NCBI GenBank assembly: GCA_951406725.2
Contig: OX597815.1
Span: 46,438,001-46,502,000 of the forward strand
Reading direction: 5' to 3'
DNA from: Octopus vulgaris
Lineage: Eukaryota
Length of the DNA: 64,000 bases
Shown here: piece by piece, positions 1 through 14,206 of the stretch
How positions within the stretch are numbered: the first letter of the stretch is position 1
Layout: each line of letters opens with the position of its first letter
Translations under genes and position numbers: made by a program
The notes under the pieces: generated by a model
Databases searched by the model: none
Told to the model about the DNA's origin: nothing
Seen by the model: only the letters and a program-made list of their open reading frames with translations

Positions 1-32
1 GTGTATCTACGTATTAATGTGCGTAACTATAT

Positions 33-400
33 GTGTGGCTGTGTAGTAAGAAGCTCGATTCCCAACCACATGGTTCGGGGATCAGCCCCACTGCGTGGCA
101 CCTTGGGCGTGTGTCTTCTACTATAGCCTCTGACTGACCAAAACCTTGTGATTGGATTTGGTAGGTGGAAGCTGAAAGAAATCCGTCGTATATATATATA
201 TATGTCTGTTCCACCACCATCGCTTCACAACCGATGTTGGTGTGTCTTCGTCCCTGTAACGTAGTGGTTAGTCAGAAGAGACCGATAGAATAAGTACTAG
301 GCTTACAAAGAATAAGTCCTGGGGTCGATTTGTTCGACTAAAGGTGCTGCTCCAGCATGACCGCAGTCAAATGACTGAAACTAGTAAAAGAATAAAAGAA
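33..400 (+). mobile_element. tRNA-derived SINE family A (bipartite, internal TA/TG microsatellite)
   Basis: Head TGGCTGTGTAGTAAG...GGTTCGGGATCAGCCCC (A/B-box-like), internal (TA)n, tail ...CTCCAGCATGACCGCAGTCAAATGACTGAAAC-(AAAAGAAT)n; recurs many times in the window. Confidence 0.85.
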
Positions 401-480
401 TATATATATTTACATCTAAGGGAGTGATCGTGAGTCAGCACGCAAGATTGGAGATAAGTAGAGAGCTGTGTGTGTGCATG

Positions 481-531
<51 letters not shown>

Positions 532-707
532 AAGAGCGTGTATATACACACGCGCTTCGCTATATGTATGTGTATGTATGTTGGTATGTATATATACTCA
601 CAAATCTGAGAGGGTTTATATATATATATATATATATACAAGTGCATAAGTGTATATGCTGATCGATGTATGTATATATGTACGCAGAAGCATATATATG
701 TATATAT

Positions 708-1047
708 GTAATTTAAGAAAAGTAGGGTATAAATACCACTTGCTAAAATCAAAGCCATAGCTCCAAAAGCCACCATAAAAATTGGATTTAAAAAATTCAA
801 TAAAGATGAGAAATTGAAATAATAGGTAATTTCTTAGAACATGAATTTATAAAATTTCAAAGCGTGAAATCAATTGGTATTGAAATATGTATTACTTATC
901 TTTGTATTCCAATCAGAGGTAAGCCTATTTCTGAAATATTCATTGCATTGATCGTGGTGTATCTTTATCGTATTTTTTATGGTGGTTTTTGAAGTTATGG
1001 CTTTGATTTTAGCAAATGGTATTTATGCCCTACTTTTCTTAAATTAC
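708..1047. repeat. Foldback element with ~72-bp inverted arms (708-780 / 975-1047)
   Basis: TAATTTAAGAAAAGTAGGGTATAAATACC...CCACCATAAAA is the reverse complement of 975-1047 with 5 transition mismatches. Confidence 0.85.
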
Positions 1048-1689
1048 TTTATATTGTAAAGGGCTGAACTTGCTAGCCGCCAAAAAAAGTTATGTATATA
1101 TGTATGTATATATAATTGCCTAAATATAGGTATGTATATACGTGTATGTACGAGAATTTTTGTGTATGTATATGTTAGTGCACGTATGCGTGTATAGAGG
1201 TACATATACATATGTTTATGTGTGACAGTGTATGTGAGTATGTATCCGACCACTGAATACGAAAAGTCAGCTTAAGAATTTTTTATGTGTAGCCAACCAT
1301 GAAGAACAGATCAGTGATACAACCAAATACAAGACCAATTCCATTTAAATGTCAGCCAATACCATCTACTACCATTCATAGCAGTCCGACAAACGTGCTC
1401 TCGCGGTACACAACATGGGTTTATCAGCCGCTAGTAGATTCACCACAACGAACAGAGGAGATGGCCTTGAGGTCGACGATTTTAAACTAACGGTAACAAC
1501 ACTCGTATATCTTCTGAGAAAGCACAGCTAGAACTCATTATGCAAACAAACAGTTGCATGATCAAATACCTGTATTCTTGGAGAACTACGTTGCGTCGAA
1601 ACAATTGTAGCGAATAATAAATGAATGTCCAACTGTAATCCTTCTTCTTGACTCTAGTTTCTTCAATTTTATATGTAACCTATATACAC

Positions 1690-1890
1690 TAAAGACTGGC
1701 CCAGGTCATGTCTAACTTAATAGCACTACCTGATAGGATTTGCTAAATCCTTTTTATATCAAGTCTTGTGATATCGTGGCCCATTTGTGTAGGGAATTCT
1801 TGTTGAATGAGTTATATCTCGGTATAGGTGGCTTATCAAATACTCCTTGAAGAAATTTATCCAGATTCCGTTTAAAGGTGATGTAATCGA
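1690..1890 (-). mobile_element. CR1-clade LINE 3' end fragment
   Basis: Minus strand reads ITFKRNLDKFLQGVFDKPPIPRYNSFNKNSL, the typical C-terminus of CR1-like ORF2 (FKxxLDKFL..PD.P). Confidence 0.65.
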
Positions 1891-2139
1891 TACGCGCACG
1901 CACACACACACACATGCACACACAAATAGGATTGTGAATTTATAATATAGAAAACTGCCACAAAATTAAAATAAAGCTATAAGATGGGTGTATGTGTGTT
2001 TTAAATTATTATCATAATTTCTTTCGATTTCACCGCACTATTTCAGATGAAGTAATTTGCCAAACAAATACAGCTTCGAACTTTTGACGTTCCGAACTTC
2101 ATTATGTTTAACTTTTGTTTTTTATCTCTCTATATCTAA

Positions 2140-2142
2140 TTC

Positions 2143-2185
<43 letters not shown>

Positions 2186-2400
2186 TTCCATTTTCCTTTT
2201 ACTTCTTTCTTCTCTCATTTTTCTTCATTCTTATCTCAATCTTTCCTTCAAATTTTAGTATTTTCTTTCATTTTTTCTTTTCTTCTTTCAGCCATATTTT
2301 CTTTCTCCTTTGTCTTCTTCCTTTATTGCTTTCTTTTTTCTTTTCCTCTTCCTCTTTTTCGTTTCTCATTTTCATTTGTCATCTTTGTATGTTATGTTTA
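2140..2400. repeat. (CTTT)n / pyrimidine-rich low-complexity tract
   Basis: Direct inspection. Confidence 0.85.
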
Positions 2401-2789
2401 GCTCAGAAACATTTGCCATAACGAATATTCTCGTAGTCAGGTGACCAAACAATTTTAGCCAATAACCAGAAAGTGTGGTATATAACATCCTGATAATAAA
2501 GAAGAAAATTAACTAGTAAAGAAATATTGGAACTAACCAACAAAAACAAACAGGAAAAAAATAAAGAAAAATTTACAAAAATATATAAAGATACAAAGAA
2601 TCTTGCACAAACAAAATGAAGAAAACAGATGTAAGAGATATCTGACCTAATTGAGTTAAAACTCTTTCATTTTGTCTCGAAACGTTTCCATGTTTACAAT
2701 GTTGACAAAAGATGGCTGCAGGGAATTCTGAAACGCCATGATTACAGGAACGAAAGAATTTACATAGCTTCGGTTCTATGTATTCCTAA

Positions 2790-3091
2790 GACATGCAAGA
2801 ATCTAAAACCGATATATTGCAATCCACGGGCATTTGTGTTTCTGAGCTGAGCTCTCTTTCTTCTTTGTCCAACGTGCTAACGATTCTACCAGCTCGCCTA
2901 ACAACAACAATAACAACAACAAAAATGATTTCAAATTTTCGCACAAGGCCAGCTAGTTCGGTAGAGGGGATAAGTCGATGTAATCGTCCCAGTGCTCGAA
3001 CGAACCTTATTGGATCGACCCCGAAAGGATGAAAAGCAAAGTTGACTTCGGCGGCATTTGAAATAATAACAACAACAACAACAACAACAAC

Positions 3092-3157
<66 letters not shown>

Positions 3158-3370
3158 TTACGCAAAATACTTTCTATGTAATCTCAAGTTTTAAAACAAA
3201 CAATTTTGTTTTGTTTTGTTTTTTGGCATTCACTAGTACAACACAAAATACAAAACCAAATATATGGCACACTAAGCATAACAACATCACGAACTTTCAA
3301 CCTATTGTCTCTTGAGGTCTCTGGGTGAGACTTGGAGCCAACTTGTACAAATATAAAGCAAAAGTCAAAC

Positions 3371-3432
<62 letters not shown>

Positions 3433-3618
3433 CCTTTCTAAAGGTACAGGACCTGAAATTTTCATCGACTCCATTGTCTCACTGGCACTTAATTTATCGA
3501 CCCTGAAAGTATGAAAGCAAAGTCGACCTCGGCGGAATTTGAACTCAGAACGTAAAGACAGACGAAATAATACTAAGCATTTTTCCTGGCACGCAAACGA
3601 TTCTACTGGCTTGCTGCC

Positions 3619-3676
<58 letters not shown>
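2790..3676 (-). mobile_element. SINE family B fragments (about 2790-3062 and 3435-3620) interleaved with (AAT)n/(AAC)n microsatellites
   Basis: Reverse complement of the AAGGCGGCGAGCTGGCAGAATCGTTAG...TTCAAATTCCGCCGAGGTCGACTTTGCCTTTCATCC consensus; (AAT)n at 3093-3155, 3371-3432 and 3620-3676. Confidence 0.8.
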
Positions 3677-3677
<1 letters not shown>

Positions 3678-4354
3678 CAATATAGTTACTAAAATGTTAC
3701 TATACATTGCCATCCCACATCAAGAAAGCGTTTTGCAAAGGAAGGAATCAAATTTGAGACAATTAGACGGTCCAGATGCTAAAAACCATCGGTTCTGTTT
3801 GTTGTACCAGTAAATCACTTTCTGAATGTCTTTAATAATTCCTTTATTTCTTTTAATTCCTTCCTGAAGAGGGACTACATAGAGCAGCAAAACAAAAAGG
3901 TGGATCCTTGGAAACTACATTACTACCGGATGAAATCTACTTTATTCCATTAACTGGAAAAGAGAATACATTTTTTAAAACTCAAGGGTTCATACGCTTA
4001 TTGCATTACTAATCCTAACATAAGTTCCAGACAATCACAGAGTTCTTTATACGATTATGTTGCTAAGACTATTTACCATCCATTTGTCTATCTATCCGTA
4101 TATCCAAACATCTATCCATCAATCGGTCTAACCTCCAGAGAATATCTGTTTCCTACATCACATCACTGAGATGGTATTTTAACAATATTTTGGCTCTGTT
4201 CTTCATTAATATCAATTATGCCCATTAATGTCAGTTTGTCGAGGAATTGGAATGTATGTATGTATGCGTGTATGAGCGTGGGTGCGTGCATGTATATGTG
4301 TAGGTGTTTATATGAGTGTATGCGTGCGTGTGTGTATTGGTGTATATAAATATA

Positions 4355-4367
4355 TACATATATATAC

Positions 4368-4445
<78 letters not shown>

Positions 4446-4655
4446 ACATATATACATCTATACATATAATTATATATATATATATATATACATACATACA
4501 TATATACATATATATATATATACATATATATACATGTATACATATATACATCTATACATATATTTATATATATATACATACATATACACATATACATATA
4601 TATACATATATATATACATATATATATATACATATATATATATATACATATATAC

Positions 4656-4686
<31 letters not shown>

Positions 4687-4737
4687 TACATATATATATA
4701 CATACATATACATACATATACATATATATACATATAT

Positions 4738-4795
<58 letters not shown>
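4355..4795. repeat. Compound (TA)n/(TACA)n microsatellite, ~440 bp
   Basis: Direct inspection. Confidence 0.95.
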
Positions 4796-4796
<1 letters not shown>

Positions 4797-5299
4797 CATG
4801 TATATGTGCGAAGTTTTCATTTGTTAACATACTAATATTGGGTAACATATTATGTGTTGTCAGGGAATTGGCAAAATCATTTGAGAATCAGACTGTACTT
4901 TGCAGTACTTAATTGACAGCTCTTTATGTTCTGAATCCAAATCCAGCCGAGGTCAGTTTCGCTTTTTGTCTTTTCAAAGTCAATATAACATAGTATCCAT
5001 CATGGCCTCTCAATTCATGGCCTTGTGCCTACGTTCAAACTCGAGACTGTGCTTGAATGCTTTAACTTATGGCAAAGAGAATTCCATTAAAAGCATCCTA
5101 GGTCATGAAGATGGTGAGACATAAGACATCGAATTAAATCTATCTTAATGGACCACTTATCATAGAACTGGAGGAGGTTTGATCTGCTTAGGTGGCTCAA
5201 AGTAAGAGAATGTTCAGCACTAGTATATATTGACATTAAGTCAATATGGCATCGGTTTGTCTTGATCATCTATAATTAAGAAGATTACTAGTCAACAGA

Positions 5300-5760
5300 G
5301 ACTGTATTGATAAAATATGGATTATAGGTATGAAAGCTGTTCCAAGAAAGGTTATGACACTTGTTGCTGTAGTTTATGTTGTTACTTCTATAGTTGTTGA
5401 AAAATGTTTCACACAAAGACCAACTCCCTCTGATTCTACCATCCACTAGCTGTAAACGATATCCTTTATCTCTTTTATCATCTCCAGTTTCTTTTCTTCT
5501 TTGGTGACCCCCCACAACGATTTGTACAAAACCGAAGCGACTTAATCTCTTTTATCCAGCATTCTAAAGCAGTGGTTTCACAACCTTGAGACTATCTCGG
5601 AGAGCTTCATCTCTTCCCATCATATCCATACTGTCTGCTCTATCCACCAAACTGTATAGTATAGCTTTCTCTCAATCTTTTCTCTTACAGAACTGCCTCT
5701 CTCTAAACATTCCCATGCTAGTTTTTACTCTATATTCATCAAAATAGAGTATTTGAAGTT
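5300..5760 (-). mobile_element. Possible highly decayed LINE APE-endonuclease fragment
   Basis: Minus-strand SEGVGLCVK resembles the GVG(F/I)LV APE motif; many stops. Confidence 0.25.
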
Positions 5761-5776
5761 GAATATTAATCACATG

Positions 5777-5995
5777 AAGGCGGCGTGCTGGCAGAATCGT
5801 TAGCACACTGGGTAAAATGTTTAGTGGCATTTCATCTGTCTTTACGTTCTGAATTCAAATTCCCGTCAAGATTGACTTTGCCTTCCATCCTTTCGGGATT
5901 GATAAAATAACTATCAGTTGAGCACTGGGGTCATTGTAATCGAGTTAGCAGCTCCTCGCGAACTTGCCGGCCTTGTGCCAGATTTTGAAATCGAT
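5777..5995 (+). mobile_element. SINE family B (MetaSINE-like core)
   Basis: AAGGCGGCGTGCTGGCAGAATCGTTAG head and GCCTTCCATCCTTTCGGGATTGATAAAATAA core. Confidence 0.8.
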
Positions 5996-6109
5996 ATTAA
6001 TCACACCAGCCTTACTTTTCTGAGAAGGTTTGCAAAAGTAATAGCCACAACTCCTGCGCTAAATAAACAACAAAATAATATTATGTTAGAGGAGTAAAGA
6101 ATATTCTTT

Positions 6110-6687
6110 GCTACACTAGGCATAAGGCCCGAAATTTTGGGGGAGGGAGTCAGTCGATTAGATCGACCGCAGTACGCAACTGGGACTCAATTTATCGACC
6201 CCGAAAATATGAAAGGCAAAGTCGACCGCGGCGGAATTCGAACGCAGAACGTAAAGACAGACGCCCGGCGTGCTAATGCTTCTTATTTCTTTATAGCCCA
6301 CAGGGGGCTAAACATAGAGGGGACAAAGAAGGACAGACAAAGGGATTAAGTCGATTGTATCGACCCCAGTGCGTAACTGGTACTTAAATTTATAGACCCC
6401 GAAAGAATGAAAGGCAAAGTCGACCTCGGCGGAATTTGAATCAAAACGTAACGGCAGGCAAAATACCTATTTCTTTACTACCCACAAGGGGCTAAGCACA
6501 GAGTGGACAAACGGATTAAGTTGATTATGTCGACCCCAGTGTGTAACTGGTACTTATTTAATCGACCCCGAAAGGATAAAAGGCAAAGTCGATCTCGGCG
6601 GAATATGAACTCAGAACGTAGCGGCAGACGAAATACCACTAAGCATCTTGCCCGGCGTGCTAACGATTCTGCCAGCTCGCCGCCTTA
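6110..6687 (-). mobile_element. SINE family B multimer (one head plus three body units)
   Basis: The CGACCCCGAAAGGATGAAAGGCAAAGTCGACCTCGGCGGAATTTGAA unit occurs three times; head ends ...CTCGCCGCCTT at 6686. Confidence 0.85.
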
Positions 6688-8144
6688 GAGGATTAGAGAA
6701 TGTTGTTGAAGATGGCACGATAATTGCAAAGAAAAATATGTTGATCAGTAAAATTTATATATAGCATTATTCTTCTGTCCATGCCGTGTGTTTGAATGCT
6801 ACGCTTTGAAAGGGAGATACGTTCATGTTAACCAGTTTTTGTATTATGCTTAATAGTCATTAATGTAATTAATACTAGATCTTATTTAAATTCCAGTTTT
6901 TCAATAAGTTTAATTTGTTGTCTAAATCAATATAATATAAAGTAATAAACATAACGCAACAATGTTATGAAAATATGCAAATTTATCATTTAAAATAAAA
7001 ATAACAGTTATAAAACATCACATTTCTACCATGTGTCCTATGATTTAAGGATGACCAGAAGAAAATTTTAACAATGGCCAATCTTCTCAAAATAAATATT
7101 TAAAAAATCATATTTTAACGCAGGGCTTAATTCCAGCCTTTCATAGCATCAAGCGGATGACACTATTTTCTTGGTCATTACACTGATCAACCTCAGGTAA
7201 CTCTTCCTGCATTAGAAATCAAACGTGGTACTGCAGAGTAATATGCGACTTAGGTTTTTCAGGGTGTTCATTGCCTCGGAGGATGATGTGTCCCTGGTTC
7301 CTGTGAAGCATTGTTTTCAACATGAATCATATTCCTTACGGTAGATATTTACAACTAGATAAAACTGGGCCATTATGACAGATGTGTCTCGCCCACAGAT
7401 ATAATGCAGTGTTGAATACGGATTGTGAACCATCGAACTTTCCTTCCTGGGTCAATCTAACAGTCAATCTACCCTTCATCCAGATGTGTAACCTTTTGCA
7501 TAAATCAATATATTGACAAGTACTACATACTGATAGGTGTTCTGTACTCTTGCATTGAGAAAAGTCCAACCATCAACTACCACCACCACCACCACCACCA
7601 ATCCTAATTGCATCATGACTAGGAAACTACAGGCTGTTCCAAAAATAAATAAATAAATAAAACGAAAGAAAGAGATTGGAATAAAACCAGAATCAATCCT
7701 TATCTCTATTAATTTCGCTTCTATTTTACATTGAACGAAAACTACCATCTCCTTCACCTCGCTATCAACGTCACAACAAGAATAACAAAAACAACAATAA
7801 CAAGCGCAATAACAACAACAACAACAACAACAAAATTACCATGGCCCCTACCGTCAACACTACGTGCACCACAGCAACAAAAACACCAGCAAGATTTGTA
7901 ATTTCGTTTTAATTGGCGTATCAAAAGCAATGATCTTATAAAAGAGATGGAGTGATAGATTTCAGAGAGAGCAGATGACTGTGTCATGTCTATGTCTTTT
8001 ACAAGAACATAATCGGCATTTATGAAATGTGTCAATTATGGCTTATCATCATAGTTTACCTGTATTTCGTTTCAACTACTTTTTCAGGTTCATCAGAATA
8101 ATAATTGTTATTGATAGAATAAAATTCATAAAATAAATAAATGC

Positions 8145-8386
8145 GCCCTTTTAAAGCCTAGCCAGGCTCATGGGCCCGGTTTCCCGGTTTCAATGGTGTA
8201 TGTGTTCCCCAGCTGGACGGGACCCTAGTTCATCACAGCGTTATTCACTTTTGCCAGCTGAGAGGACTGGAGCAACGTGAAATGAAGTGTTTTGCTCAAG
8301 AACACAACGCGTCGCCTGGTCCAGGAATCGAAACCACAATCTTACGATCATGGTGCTGACACCCTAACCACTAAGCCACGCGCCTC
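8145..8386 (-). mobile_element. tRNA-derived SINE family C, near full length
   Basis: Reverse complement GGCGCGTGGCTTAGTGGTTAGGG (A box)...GGTTTCGATTCC (B box)...GAGCAAAACACTTCATTTCACGTTGCTCCAGTCC. Confidence 0.85.
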
Positions 8387-8955
8387 AACAGAATAGGTTT
8401 CATAGAATCGGTAAAACAGGTGATTGAAGACCGTTTGGTATTTAGTGCAACATTTTTACGCGTAAAATTTGTTAGTGCAAATAGAGAATTTACTGCATTC
8501 ATAGCCTTGTTCATGAGGAAAGGAAAAAAAGAGAGAACTGGTCCGGATGTTTGCAACAGAGTGGATTCTGCTAAAATTACCTGAGGCCGGGTAGTGGTGT
8601 TAGACTGATTCAGTCTACTATCGAAGAGCTTCTTCCTCGGGATTCCACATAGTTTCCACCTATCAAATTTCATTCACAAGCTTTAAGTCAATTGAAGATT
8701 ACGCTAAAATACAATTACACAACTAATACATTCATCTCATGAGACAGAAACCAAAACTACTGGAGTTGCAAAGCGAGCTACGCAACTATGTCTGTGCTTA
8801 TTTCAGTCAAAAATTAAATTTAGCACTGGAGTTATGTACTCGAATTGTTTTAACCTTTTAGTCACGATTGAATGCAGTGCTTATGACCCTTGGGCTCCAC
8901 CAATTCTGATACTCAAGAATTTTCATTATAACCATTAATATTTTTCTCCTTGTCA

Positions 8956-9107
8956 GGCGCAGGAATGGCTGTGTGGTAAGTAGCTTGCTTACCAACAACA
9001 CTGTTCCTGGTTCCCTCCCACAGCGTGGCACCTCTTCTACTATAGCCTTGGGCCGACCAAAGCCTTGTGAGTGGATTTGGTAGACGGAAACTGAAAGAAG
9101 CCCGTCG

Positions 9108-9148
<41 letters not shown>

Positions 9149-9378
9149 ATGTGTGTGTTTATGTTTGTGTGTTTGTGTTTGTCCCCCCAACTTCGCTTGA
9201 CAACCGATGCTGGTGTGTTTACGTCCCCGTAACATTAGTGGTTCGGCAAAAGAGACCGATAGAATAAGTACTAGGCTTACAAAAAAGTCTTGGGGTCGAT
9301 TTGCTCGACTAAAGGTGGTGCTCCAGCATGGCCGCAGTCAAAATGACTGTAACAAATAAAAGAGTAAAGAGTAAAGAG
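8956..9378 (+). mobile_element. SINE family A, full length
   Basis: GGCGCAGGAATGGCTGTGTGGTAAG head, internal (TA)n(TG)n, (AAAGAGT)n tail. Confidence 0.9.
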
Positions 9379-9469
9379 TTGTCAGTATATGTGTTCTTCG
9401 AATGTCGCGCATTAATCAACTTTAACTATGGGTGCAACAACTAACACATAAATTCATAAATGTAATATT

Positions 9470-10930
9470 GGTTTCATATTTTGGCATAAAGCTAGTAATT
9501 TCGAGGAAAAAGGTAAATCGATTACATACACGCCAGTGGTCAACTGGTGTTTATTTTATCGACCCTGAAAGGGTGAAAGGCAGAGTCGAACCTGGCAGAA
9601 TTTGAACTCAAAACGTAAAGACGGACGAAATGTCGCTAAGCATTTTATCCGGCGTTCTAACGATTCTGCCAGCCTTACATTAACATATTACAATGTTCTA
9701 TAAAAATAAATTATAAAAATGTGCCTCAAAAACATTTATAAAGCGTGAAATTTCTGCGGCCACGTCCATGAAATTTGCACGCAAAAGAAGAATTTGATTT
9801 CACAATGTGAATCGACGTGACTACATAATGTATATCAGTTTATCAAACACTCTATCGAATCTGCAATCATCTGCTCCGATTTCTAACATAGCTACAAGGC
9901 TGCATAATTCACGAAGAGAGTTTAATTGTCATAGTACACAACGGGTGCTTCATTTATCGATCTCTGGAAGAATGAAAGACAAAGATATTCACTCCTCAGA
10001 TTTTGAACACGGAACATTAATGTAAAAGACGGGAAATAAATATCACAAAATTTAGCTTGATGCTCTACTGCTTCTGTCGGTCAACATTTTATACTCAGTG
10101 AAAATTTTTGTATAAGGAAGTGTTTATTTGAGCTCATTGTGCCTATTATAATTTTGAAGGAACAGGCAAGTTGATTACATCTTTAACTCGTCTGAAATGG
10201 TGCTTTATTTTATAGACTCAAAGGGATAAATTGTATAGTTGACCTCGGCGGCATTTGAACTCACAGCGTAAAGAACCAGAAAATATGCCGCTAAGCGCTT
10301 TGTCCGATACAGTAACGACCCTGCCAGCACACCGCCTCAAATAAGTCTACTTTGATAAGACTTTCTACTATAGGCATAATCCCTGGAATTTCGGGAAGGG
10401 AACAAAATGATGACATCGACTCCAGTGGTACTTATTTTATCAACCCCGAAAATATGAAAGGTAAAGTCGACCTCAGCACAATTTGAACTCAGAACGTTAA
10501 GACAGACGAAATGCCGCGAAGCATTTCGCTCGGCGTGCTAACGATTCTGCCAGGTTGCCGCCTTCAAGTCTACAATAATAATAGTGGTTTAAACAACGGA
10601 TGAAAAGGAAAAGTTATGCCGGATGAGAGTTGAACTGATAACGGTGAAATACAAAACTATTGACCGGAAGGGATTTAGTCCAACAACTGATCTGCCGTTT
10701 AGCCTTTTATGTAGTTTTCTACTCTAGGCACAAGGCCCGAAATTTTTTGGGAAGGGGGCCAGTCGATTGCATCGACCGCAGTACGCAACTGGTACTCAAT
10801 TTATCGACCCCGAAGGGATGAAAGGCAAAGTCGACCGCGGCGGAATTTGAACTCAGAGCGTTAAGACAGACGAAATGCCGCGAAGCATTTCGCTCGGCGT
10901 GCTACCGATTCTGCTAACTTGTCGCCTTGA
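9470..10930 (-). mobile_element. Cluster of five co-oriented SINE B copies
   Basis: Copies at about 9470-9675, 9880-10090, 10160-10340, 10365-10565 and 10720-10930. Confidence 0.75.
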
Positions 10931-11075
10931 AGTCTACTATAATAAAAGTGGTTTATACGACGGATGAAAAGGAAAAGTTATGCCGGATGGGAGTTGAACT
11001 GATAACGGTGAAATACAAAACTAATGACCAGAAGGGATTTAGTCCGACAACTGATCTGCCGTTCAGCCTTTTATA
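10365..11075. repeat. ~360-bp tandem duplication (SINE B plus flank)
   Basis: AAGTCTACAATAATAATAGTGGTTTA...CTGATCTGCCGTTTAGCCTTTTAT at 10566-10710 repeats at 10930-11074. Confidence 0.85.
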
Positions 11076-12149
11076 GTTAATAATGGCTACACCGCAGTAG
11101 CAATAATATCATTTGGTTCAGAATCTAATTCATTTATTATCGCCACAACCACGCGTTGCTTTCCAATGAATGCACAGCTTGCTGAAGACGGGACGTCTTG
11201 GCTACACCTTGCTGTAGAAGAATGCATTCGGTCAACACAGTCTTTCGGCTGTGTATCGATCTTAATGTGTGCTTTGTTAGTTTAGGCGAAAACTGCTTAA
11301 TCGATCCGGGAAATGTATACACGTATATACACATATCTATACACGCATACATACATACATACATACATACATACATACATACATACATACATACATACAT
11401 ACATACATACATGCGTGTTTCTATATAAATACGTACGTTTCGTATATACAGATATACTAGCATAGACATGGTTGCTTATATATATATATATATATATATA
11501 CATACACTTTTATTGATGTATACGTCGCCCAGAGTAAAACTAAATTATATACAAATATACTGTCACACATTAAACTCGCATACACATGTATATACACACA
11601 GATACAAAGCTATTCACAATTACACACACACCTCACAAAAGGAGAGCAAGCAAACAGATTCTAAGTACGCATACATACATGTATATATAATACATACACA
11701 GACATATACACATATGCGTTCATACATTCACATACAGACATATCCACGTACAGAGACAAACACATACGCATTGAAGTACAGAGAAATAAGTTGATACACA
11801 AGCATATAGAAGTAGTTATGCACAAATACGTATATGCGTCGACATGACGCTAGACAAACTCGCATAAGCACACGTTCTCACGCATACACACATATACACA
11901 CAAGCGTCTAATACATAGACAAACACAATCATTCATATGCAAATATACACATACAATAAACTGGTAAGGTGCCTACGTGATCGACAAGCTAGAAATAGCA
12001 ACGAAAGTCCTCTGAATAATAGTCTATCGTTTTTTCTTTTAAGGGTGCATATTGAATCATGCAGATTTAAGTATAATAGTTATATGGTTGGAACACTTCT
12101 CCCTATGAGCCTATTTGGTCGAGGCTGTAATGGGGAAAGAAAAAAGAAA

Positions 12150-12522
12150 GACAAGAGCTGCTCTAAGAAGTTTGCTTCCCAACCATATGGTTCTGCGTTC
12201 AGTTTTATTACGTGACACCTGAGGCAAAACCCTGTAATTGGATTCGGTAGACAGAAACAGAAACTGAAAAGAAGCCCTTCGTATCTCTCTCTCTCTATGT
12301 ATAAATATATGTGTGTGTGTGTGTGTGTGTGTGTAGTTTAAATTTACAGAAAAATAAAAGACGAAGACAGGTGTATAAACAAGTGTATAACAAGCAGGTG
12401 TATTAGTTTGACGGTCGGAAAGGAGAGAAAGTCTTTTATGTTTCGAGCCTATGCTCTTCAACAGAAAGGAACACGAGGAAATAAACAGAGAGAGAATTTT
12501 AAAAATCTTGTAGATTTACCGG

Positions 12523-12575
<53 letters not shown>

Positions 12576-12611
12576 CATACATACATACATACATACATAC
12601 ACGAAGGGCTT

Positions 12612-12663
<52 letters not shown>

Positions 12664-12940
12664 CATGCATACATACATACACGAAGGGCTTCTTTATATA
12701 TATATATATATATATAGGTGGGGGATTGTGTCTGTGTTTGTCCTACATTACTTGACAATCGGTGTTGCCACATTTACGTCCCTGTGATCTAGTGGTTCAA
12801 TTTAACAGAAAAACAACAGCATAGAATAAGTACCGGCCTTAAAAAAGTATTGGTGTTGATTCTTTCGAGTAAGATTCTTCAAGTCGGTGCTTCCGCATGG
12901 CCGCAGACTATTGATTGAAAGAAGTAAAAGATGAAAGAGA
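12150..12940 (+). mobile_element. SINE family A interrupted at its internal microsatellite
   Basis: Head 12150-12283 and tail 12716-12940, with inserted sequence between them. Confidence 0.75.
12335..12522 (-). mobile_element. Penelope-like element terminal (pLTR) fragment with hammerhead-like motif
   Basis: Homologous to 26870-27060, which follows the GIY-YIG ORF; contains the reverse complement of CTGTTGAAGAGCATAGGCTCGAAACATA. Confidence 0.7.
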
Positions 12941-12967
12941 ACAAAATGCCAGAGACAGATATCTATA

Positions 12968-13200
12968 TATGATCGTAAGATTGTGGTTTCGATTCTTGGA
13001 CCGGGCGACGCGTTGTGTTCATGAGCAAGACTCTTCATTTCACGTTACTCCAATCAACTCGGCTGGCAAAAATGAGTAAACCTACGATGGACTGGCGTCC
13101 CGTCCAGGTGGGCAGCATTTACCCCATGGAAACCGGGAAACCGGGAAACCGGCCCTATGAGTCAATGGATTGAGAAGGTAACTTTACTTACTTTATACTT
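12968..13200 (+). mobile_element. SINE family C, 5'-truncated
   Basis: GGTTTCGATTCTTGGACCGGGCGACGCGTTGTGTTCATGAGCAAG...CGATGGACTGGCGTCCCGTCCAG; (TTTAC)n tail. Confidence 0.8.
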
Positions 13201-14080
13201 ACCTTGATCAGATAATGCAATGAGAAAATGTTATGTTTCATCAGGTCTACGGAAACGCCGTACTGCATGTTACTGTTACTGTTGTCACCTTATCGAGTTT
13301 GGTGTATCTAGAACTATATTATCCAATGTCTTCCATCTTTTAACACCTACCCTTTTTTAAAGAAAAAAGAAAAGGTGTAGTGTGGGAGATTTGGCTGCTA
13401 TTTCTCCTAGCTCAAAGCGTGAAAACGTCATTGTTAGCTGATGGCGCGTCAGTCATAGACACAGGGGAAGGTGAAGAGATTAACTTAAACAAGCAATTCG
13501 CAACGTCAAATATTTCGGCATTTGAGTCAGCAGTGTGTAGTAGATGCGGAATGATTCAAAGGGACCGTAGCTCAAAGACGACGACGACGACAACGAAGAC
13601 GACTACGACGACGATGACGACAGCAGAGGTAGCAGCAGCAACAACGACGACGACAACAACAACAACAACAACAATGAACTTGTTTCTGGGCTCCAGATTA
13701 ACGCCGATCAAGTAGATGTATGTTCAAAGGCATTCCAGCCATGACAGACCCTCCTTTTTTTTTCTCACGGAGCACATTAACGTCTACATTATGAAATTCA
13801 TATAGAATAGTTACGGTGAATGATATTACATTAAAGATACTGGCTAGGCATGGTTGGAACAAGATGAAATATAAAGTAAAGGTAAATTACATAAATGAGA
13901 CAAAACAAGTTGGATGCTTACTTTATATTTCTATATTTTGGAGTTATGATCCCCTTTTCCAGGGATCATAACCCCGAAGTGCAGTATCCCACACGCAATC
14001 GATCGAATCAGGATGGATCGAAACGATCGTTGTGAGCAATAAAGCTTCTTGTACATTTCATTTTCCGTTTCTATCATTTG

Positions 14081-14156
<76 letters not shown>

Positions 14157-14206
14157 ATATATATAATCAGATTTAGGATTGAATCCAATTTTATAGTAAA
14201 ATATTA

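Noticed and set aside
7336-7569. ORF with faint CR1 RT resemblance (YIDLCK, WMKGRLT)
   Set aside because: Too degenerate to call without a profile search.
8300-8386. tRNA gene
   Set aside because: It is the tRNA-derived head of a SINE and continues into the SINE body; the same applies to the other A/B-box heads.
11165-11285. Ankyrin-like peptide EDGTSWLHLAVEE
   Set aside because: Single short match, weak splice acceptor, in-frame stop soon after and no partner exons.
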